Of a DNA stretch of 64,000 nt, positions 58,601 through 64,000 are shown piece after piece. The stretch is taken from NCBI GenBank assembly GCA_035295165.1, contig DATGJN010000085.1, positions 34,707 through 98,706 on the forward strand, read 5' to 3'. Source of the stretch: a bacterium. Its GTDB lineage: Bacteria > Sysuimicrobiota > Sysuimicrobiia > Sysuimicrobiales > Segetimicrobiaceae. The notes beneath the pieces are model-generated. The model did no database searches. It was not told the DNA's origin and saw only the letters and a list, made by a program, of their open reading frames with translations. Position numbers and translations under genes: made by a program. Each line of letters begins with the position of its first letter. Position 1 is the first letter of the stretch.

Positions 58601-59764
58601 TCACTGCAGCGTCTGCCGGAGGATCCGCGTCATGTCGTCGACGCCCGTGCGGCGCGGGTTCACCGGGACGTTGCCGCTCGTCATGGCCTCTTCAACCACC
58701 GGGCGGACATGCTCCGCGCGCACTCCGTAGCCCGACAGGTCCTTCGGCATGCCGATATCGCGCGCCAACTCCCGCACGGCGCTGACCGCGCGGGCGGCCG
58801 CCTCCACACGCGAAAGATGCTCGACCCGTTCGCCGAGCGCGCGCGCCACATCCACGAACCGGTCCGGCGCAGCCACATAGTTGAACTCCATGACCGCCGG
58901 CAGTGTAACCGCCAGCACAATGCCGTGCGGCACGTGGAGGTCCCAGCTTCCGAGCGGCATCGCCAGGGCGTGCGCCAGCCCGAGACGCGTCGGGTTCATG
59001 GCGATGCCGGCCATGGTGGCGGCCAGCATCATGGCGTAGCGCGACTCGCACTTGCGCCCGTTGAGGGTGGCGCTGCGCAGGTGCCGGCCGATCAGCTCGA
59101 TGGCCCGCAGCGCAAGCGACGCCGAAATCGGTTGGCAGGCGTTGTTGGTGTAGCACTCAACGGCATGGGCGAGCGCGTCCATACCGGTGGCCGCGGTCAG
59201 CGTCGGCGGCAGTCCCAACGTCAGGTCGGGATCGCAGAGAGCCACCGCCGGATAGATGAGTGTGCTGCCGATCGCCACTTTTGTGCCGCTGCCCTCGTCC
59301 GTGAACACCGCCCACAGCGTGACCTCGCTCCCCGTGCCGGCCGTTGTGGGGATGGCGATCATCGGAAGCGGCCGGTTACGGATCTTGTGGAGGCCGATGT
59401 ACGACAGCGCGGGTCCTGGGTTCGTGGCGAGCGCCGCCACCGCCTTGGCCGTGTCGAGCGAGCTGCCACCGCCGACGCCGATCACGACATCGGCGGCGCG
59501 TCGCTTGAACTCGGCGGTGGTCTCGTCGATCAGGACCGACCCCGAATCCGGCTTCACGCGGTCGCACACATCGAATCCGATGGCGGCGTCTTTGAGGATG
59601 CGCATGACGTCTTCAAGAATCCCGGCCGCCGCGAGCCCCGGATCGGTCACCACGAAGGCGCGGGTGCCGCCCAAGGCTTTGATCCGCTCCGGAAGCGTCC
59701 GCAGCATGCCGCAGCCGAAATGTATGTCGGTGGGCACCGGGAAGAAATTAACCGGGATTTCCAT
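58601..59764 (-). CDS. iron-containing alcohol dehydrogenase
   Basis: The internal start is MEIPVNFFPVPTDIHFGCG. Motifs GGGSSLDTAKA and the His-rich metal site (LAHAVECY, HGIVLA) are present. Confidence 0.85.
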   Translation of the reverse strand: MEIPVNFFPVPTDIHFGCGMLRTLPERIKALGGTRAFVVTDPGLAAAGILEDVMRILKDAAIGFDVCDRVKPDSGSVLIDETTAEFKRRAADVVIGVGGGSSLDTAKAVAALATNPGPALSYIGLHKIRNRPLPMIAIPTTAGTGSEVTLWAVFTDEGSGTKVAIGSTLIYPAVALCDPDLTLGLPPTLTAATGMDALAHAVECYTNNACQPISASLALRAIELIGRHLRSATLNGRKCESRYAMMLAATMAGIAMNPTRLGLAHALAMPLGSWDLHVPHGIVLAVTLPAVMEFNYVAAPDRFVDVARALGERVEHLSRVEAAARAVSAVRELARDIGMPKDLSGYGVRAEHVRPVVEEAMTSGNVPVNPRRTGVDDMTRILRQTLQ

Positions 59765-59879
59765 TATCCGTGTCTGAACACCTTGTGTTGAAGGAGTCCA
59801 TCTGGCTCTTCGGGGACGAGTGTGACCGACGGCCCCATGAAAGGCTGTTCGGGCCCGTCCGAAACCCCCAATCCCGGGC

Positions 59880-61410
59880 ATGGTCGCGCTGGCCACCGAT
59901 TTCTCAGACACGTCCCCCTCGGCCTCCTTCTCGTCCTTGTTGGCCGCGACGATCGCCGGCTGCTACCCTGCGGGCCCCGGCAGCATCCCAAGCCGCCGCA
60001 CGATCGCCCCGAACAGCTGCGGTGTCAGGTGCCCCTCCGCCAACAGCAACCAGTAGTATCGCGCGTGTTTCACGAGCCGGCCACCCGTCTTCATCAGACG
60101 CTGCTGCAGACTCGTCAGCGACCACGTATCAATCCGTTTCGGCAGCCCGAACCGCCGCCACAAGTTGCCCAAGTTGTACGCGATCACGCTCAGCCACAGC
60201 CGCACCTCGTTCGCCCGGAACCGGTGGCAGCTCAGCCGCGTCATCTTCACCGCCTGCTTGCCTTCCTTGATCCACTGCTCCGCAGTCCCGCGCTTATTGT
60301 AGAACCGCACCACCGCGCGGCTGTCCGCCTCCAGAGTCGTCACGATGAACCCTACTCGCGGGAACAGTTCCTCGCAGTGGAACTCGATCTTCGCCACCAC
60401 TCGCCGCGCGATCTTCCAACTCGCGGCCTGGTACCGGAAGCTCTTGTACCGGACCACCGGCTTGTGACTGGGGCGTCCGACCGGCCGCGTGAGCAACTCC
60501 GCGATGGCCCGCTCCAATGTGTCGTTCGAGGGGATGCGAATAGCGTACTTTGCGTTCCGAGTCTCCAGGGCTTCGTAGAGCTCCGGCTTGGCAAAACCGG
60601 CATCGGCCCGGACGACCACGTCCTTGCCCTCCCGCTGCTGCCGCTCGAGCTCGGGCAGCAACACCTGGTCCCACTCCTCGGCGCTATGAACGTTGCCCGG
60701 CCGCAACTTCGCCGCCAGACAGTCGCCCTCCCGATTGAACAGCAGCAGCGGATGATAGCAGGTCGACTCAAAGTGCCCGTTATAGGCGCTCTGCTCCTGT
60801 TGGCCGTAGACGGGGATCTCGGTACTATCGATATCGAGCACCACCCGCTGCGGGGTGTCCATAGGATCCACCTTCGCGATCAACTCCCGGTTGATCGCAG
60901 CCAGCCCAGCGAGGTTCTCATCTTGGGTCAGCAGCTCTGTCTCGAAGGAGTGCGCCCGGGACGTCAGAGCGGCCCCGCGCTCCCAGAGCTGCTCGGCCCC
61001 GATCAGCCGGAAAGTTGGATCCTGGGAGAGGCGTTCAGCATCGTTCACGTCCTCGTACCCCGCCAATCGGCGGTAGACCGATTGCCGGACCAAGTCGGCG
61101 AGCGGGAACTGCGTGTTCGTGCCCCTCGGATCGGTCAAATGCTGCGCGATGAGTTCACTGAAGCCCAACCGCTCGTCCAGTTCGCGCACGAGGATGAGCC
61201 CGCCGTCGGAGGTGACCCGCGAGCCTTGGAATTCGATGCGGAGTCTGGGGTTAAACGAGAGCTGAAAGGGCTGATTTTGTGCTTCACCCATAGGATGCAG
61301 ACCTCTGCGGCGTCGCCATCGCGCTCAAACCCGCACAGATCAAGACGTTCGACGCATCTCCACAGTTTCCGTTCCGTCGTCACATCGGAAATCCGGGATT
61401 AAAGGACTGC
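59880..61410 (-). mobile_element. IS1380-family insertion sequence (ends approximate)
   Basis: The transposase gene is flanked by about 100 nt of non-coding DNA, wedged between the ADH promoter and the Ldh_2 gene. Clear terminal inverted repeats could not be defined by eye (weak AATCCCGG / CCGGGATT match near 59870 and 61391). Confidence 0.5.
59963..61291 (-). CDS. IS1380-family transposase (DDE)
   Basis: 442 aa. Blocks are colinear with ISEcp1/IS1380 transposases (VTSDGGLILVRELD, LDIDSTEIPVYGQQE, RADAGFAKPELYE, FYNKRGTAEQWIKEGK). Confidence 0.85.
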   Translation of the reverse strand: MGEAQNQPFQLSFNPRLRIEFQGSRVTSDGGLILVRELDERLGFSELIAQHLTDPRGTNTQFPLADLVRQSVYRRLAGYEDVNDAERLSQDPTFRLIGAEQLWERGAALTSRAHSFETELLTQDENLAGLAAINRELIAKVDPMDTPQRVVLDIDSTEIPVYGQQEQSAYNGHFESTCYHPLLLFNREGDCLAAKLRPGNVHSAEEWDQVLLPELERQQREGKDVVVRADAGFAKPELYEALETRNAKYAIRIPSNDTLERAIAELLTRPVGRPSHKPVVRYKSFRYQAASWKIARRVVAKIEFHCEELFPRVGFIVTTLEADSRAVVRFYNKRGTAEQWIKEGKQAVKMTRLSCHRFRANEVRLWLSVIAYNLGNLWRRFGLPKRIDTWSLTSLQQRLMKTGGRLVKHARYYWLLLAEGHLTPQLFGAIVRRLGMLPGPAG

Positions 61411-61426
61411 CCGGCGTCGATGGTCA

Positions 61427-62515
61427 TCAGGAGTAGCTCTCCTGTTCCAGGCAAGCGGGAAACTCGACATCCACGCGGCGGCCGAGATCCACCAGTTGCC
61501 GCACCACTTCGTCCGCGAGCGGCAGCCCGGACTCGCGGAAGCGGGCCTCCGTGTCGAACTCCACCTCCCCCGGAGCGAGTACGCGCGGAACGCCCGCGGC
61601 GGGCGGCGAGTTCTTGAGCATGCGCAGGATCGTGTCCATGCGCCGCGCGAACTCCGGCGCGGGCAGGAACAGATCCGTCCGCAGCGCGATGAACGCGTGG
61701 CCGAGGCCTTGCACCGCCTTCACGTTTTCGAGCGTGTTCAAATAGAGCGCAAAGGACGCGCCCGTCAGCACGCCGGACAGGATGTCGATGATAAACGAAA
61801 TGGCCGACCCCTTAGGACCGCCGAACGGCAGCACCACGCCGGCCAGCGCGGCTCGCGCGTCCGTGGTGGGTCGCCCTTCCGCGTCGATGGCCCACCCTTC
61901 CGGGATCGGCAGGTTGCGCTCGGCGGCGATGATGATCTTGCCCCGCGCCACCACGCTCGAGGACGCATCGAAGAGCAGCGGCCGTTCCTCGCCCGCGGGA
62001 ATGCCGACGGCCAACGGGTTGGTTCCGAGAATCCGCCCTCGTCCGCCGAAGGCCGCCATGTTGGGCGGGGCGTTGGACACCGCGCAGCCAATGTACCCTC
62101 GCCGGATCGCCTTGTCCACGTAGAACGCGGCGGCCCCGAAATGGTTGCTGCCGCGGACGCCCACGTAACCGATGCCGCTGGTTGCAGCAAGACGGAGCGC
62201 CTCGTCCATCGCGCGCGAACCGACCACCGGACCCAGGCCGTTGTCACCATCCACCAGCGCCACGGCCGCGTAGCGTGACTCCACACGGATCACCGGCCTG
62301 GCCTTCACGACCTTTGCCTCGAGCCGCCGCACGTAGACCGGCAGACGGATCAAGCCGTGCGAATCCACACCGCGCAGTTGGGCCATGACCAGACATTCCG
62401 CTACTTCGCGGGCGTCGTGCGCGGAAACATCGAGCCGCTCCAAGACGGCGCGCGAATAGGTGACCAGATCGTCCGACCGGAACCGCTGGGGCTTGTCGCC
62501 GGCGGTGTCGCTCAC
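61427..62515 (-). CDS. Ldh family oxidoreductase (malate/L-lactate dehydrogenase family 2)
   Basis: 362 aa with the Ldh_2 blocks (HGLIRLPVY, NHFGAAAFY, GTNPLAVG). Confidence 0.85.
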   Translation of the reverse strand: MSDTAGDKPQRFRSDDLVTYSRAVLERLDVSAHDAREVAECLVMAQLRGVDSHGLIRLPVYVRRLEAKVVKARPVIRVESRYAAVALVDGDNGLGPVVGSRAMDEALRLAATSGIGYVGVRGSNHFGAAAFYVDKAIRRGYIGCAVSNAPPNMAAFGGRGRILGTNPLAVGIPAGEERPLLFDASSSVVARGKIIIAAERNLPIPEGWAIDAEGRPTTDARAALAGVVLPFGGPKGSAISFIIDILSGVLTGASFALYLNTLENVKAVQGLGHAFIALRTDLFLPAPEFARRMDTILRMLKNSPPAAGVPRVLAPGEVEFDTEARFRESGLPLADEVVRQLVDLGRRVDVEFPACLEQESYS

Positions 62516-63159
62516 GTTCCGGAAACTCCGGGCTTGGCCAGGGGCGGCAGGTGCAGCAGTTCGATGGTGGTCTTGCCCTTGTTCAATTCCGCCATGATCT
62601 CCGCCTCGCGCAGGCGACGCCGCGCGGCGGCCTCCAGGATCTGTTCCGCCCGCTCCTTCGCCACGATCACGATGCCATCCGAATCGCCGAGCACGATATC
62701 ACCGGGACGTACGATCAGACCACCGAACTCAATCGGGATGTCGAGCGAGCCGAAACGCTCCTTCGTGCACGAACCGATCGCGAGGCCGCGGGCAAAAACG
62801 GGAAACCGACGCTCGGCGATGGCCTCGATATCCCGAGCCGCGCCGTCGATCGCCAGGCCCGCGACGCCTCTCGCCTGCGCGGCCACGGTGAGGACTTCCC
62901 CCCACGCGCCGGTTCGCAGATACCCGCCCAGAGTGGCTACGATGATCATTCCCGGCCCGGCCGCCGCCACGGCATGGTGCAGCATCAGGTTGTCCCCGGG
63001 CGGGCATACCACCGTGCACGCGATCCCGCACATGCGCGCGCCCGGCCACGCAGGGCGGATCGCGGGATCCACCATACCCTGGTGGTCCGCAGCCTCATAC
63101 AGTGTGGCCGGATCGAATCCGATAAACTGGTCGACGACGCGTTCTGCGCCGATCGTCAT
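62512..63159 (-). CDS. RraA family protein, paralog 3
   Basis: 215 aa; its start overlaps the upstream gene by 4 nt; RraA fold blocks are present. Confidence 0.8.
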   Translation of the reverse strand: MTIGAERVVDQFIGFDPATLYEAADHQGMVDPAIRPAWPGARMCGIACTVVCPPGDNLMLHHAVAAAGPGMIIVATLGGYLRTGAWGEVLTVAAQARGVAGLAIDGAARDIEAIAERRFPVFARGLAIGSCTKERFGSLDIPIEFGGLIVRPGDIVLGDSDGIVIVAKERAEQILEAAARRRLREAEIMAELNKGKTTIELLHLPPLAKPGVSGT

Positions 63160-64000
63160 TTGTGTGCTCCGCGGGTCGACGGTCCTCGCCTGCTTTCGGG
63201 GTGATGCAACTCGACACCGGCTAGCCCGGCCAGGTACTGCGCCGCGGCAGCAAAGTCCGCGTCGCCCTTTCCCGCGCCGCTCGCGGCCGAAAACACCTGG
63301 CCCACGATCGACGTCAGCAACAGCGGAACCCCCTGGGCACGAGCCGAATCGAGCGCGAGATTCACATCCTTCTTCATCAGGTCGAGTTTGAACCCCGGCT
63401 GGAACGACCCTTCCAGAAGAAAGCCAGGCAGCCGCGCATCCATCATCCTAGAATAGCCTGACGAGTCTTTGATGACGTTATAGAGAGTCGCTGGATCGGC
63501 GCCGCACCTGACCCCTAGCGCAAACGCTTCCCCGATCATGGCCAGATGAACCGCGGCCATCATCTGGTTGACGATCTTGACCACTTTGCCCTGACCTACC
63601 GGTCCGACATGCACGATCCGGCTCCCCATAGTTGCCAACAGCGGGCGGCAGTATTCTAGGAGGTCGGGATCGCCACCAACCATGATCGTGAGTGTTCCGG
63701 TCGCGGCACCCGGCGTCCCGCCGCTCACAGGCGCGTCGAGAACGCGACCGCCGACCGACGTGAGCGCGCGTTCGACGTCCTGCAACGTGAGCGCGGTACA
63801 AGTGGTCATATCGATCAGGATCTTCCCCTTGGAGAAGCCCCTCAACAAGCCATCGGAGCCGAAAACCGTCTCTCGGAGCTCGGCATCCGCGGGCAGAATG
63901 GTGACAATCGTATCCGTTGCGCGGGCTATTTCGGCGGGCGAGTGGAGAATGGTAGCGCCCAACTGGGCGAGTACGTCTGCGGGTGCGCGGCGCTTATGGA
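63156..64000 (-). CDS. 3-hydroxyisobutyrate / tartronate-semialdehyde dehydrogenase family NAD(P)-oxidoreductase (5' end beyond window)
   Basis: The frame stays open to nt 64000. The visible part aligns from the TILP region through the catalytic Lys block (GQGKVVKIVNQ) to the C-terminus. The N-terminal Rossmann motif lies outside the window. Confidence 0.8.
   Translation of the reverse strand, partial: HKRRAPADVLAQLGATILHSPAEIARATDTIVTILPADAELRETVFGSDGLLRGFSKGKILIDMTTCTALTLQDVERALTSVGGRVLDAPVSGGTPGAATGTLTIMVGGDPDLLEYCRPLLATMGSRIVHVGPVGQGKVVKIVNQMMAAVHLAMIGEAFALGVRCGADPATLYNVIKDSSGYSRMMDARLPGFLLEGSFQPGFKLDLMKKDVNLALDSARAQGVPLLLTSIVGQVFSAASGAGKGDADFAAAAQYLAGLAGVELHHPESRRGPSTRGAHK

Noticed and set aside
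58463-59791. 442-aa plus-strand ORF
   Set aside because: Antisense to the iron-containing ADH. Its length coincidentally matches the transposase's, but it has no transposase homology.
59822-61402. 526-aa plus-strand ORF across the IS
   Set aside because: Antisense to the IS1380 transposase, which shows colinear family blocks.

Overview
This is a 64-kb, very high-GC (about 70%) stretch of bacterial chromosome with close to 60 densely packed genes on both strands. An F420-dependent luciferase-like oxidoreductase, many TAT-exported redox enzymes and the overall codon usage suggest an actinobacterium-like soil organism. No rRNA, tRNA or CRISPR arrays were found. Most of the window is carbon and redox metabolism: glucarate-dehydratase-like enolases, aldo/keto and Gfo/Idh oxidoreductases, a TAT-exported aldehyde oxidoreductase, glutamine-synthetase-like and FabF proteins, and a sugar ABC transporter surrounded by three RraA-like aldolase paralogs with accompanying dehydrogenases. 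The most unusual items are listed below.
- A 551-aa secreted protein built almost entirely of Gly-Gly-X repeats (PGRS-like, and similar in composition to snow-flea antifreeze protein). It has a strong SD, a signal peptide and a perfect terminator, and lies next to a 1390-aa REC-PAS-GAF signalling protein carrying both HD-GYP and GGDEF domains.
- A split ComD/ComE-type sulfopyruvate/phosphonopyruvate decarboxylase, clustered with an F420-dependent oxidoreductase and a cyclase.
- Two AT-rich operator-like arrays of TGTGA(A) half-sites. One, a perfect palindrome array, precedes a small Tyr/Arg-rich secreted protein. A Crp/Fnr regulator and a DUF1858 protein are encoded in the window.
- A ~50-nt intergenic element present in two copies.
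- An IS1380-family insertion.
- Three decayed genes: an Hsp20 with an in-frame stop plus a local double frameshift, an amidohydrolase-2 relic keeping only its N- and C-termini, and an aldehyde dehydrogenase with a ~200-aa in-frame internal deletion that removes the catalytic residues.
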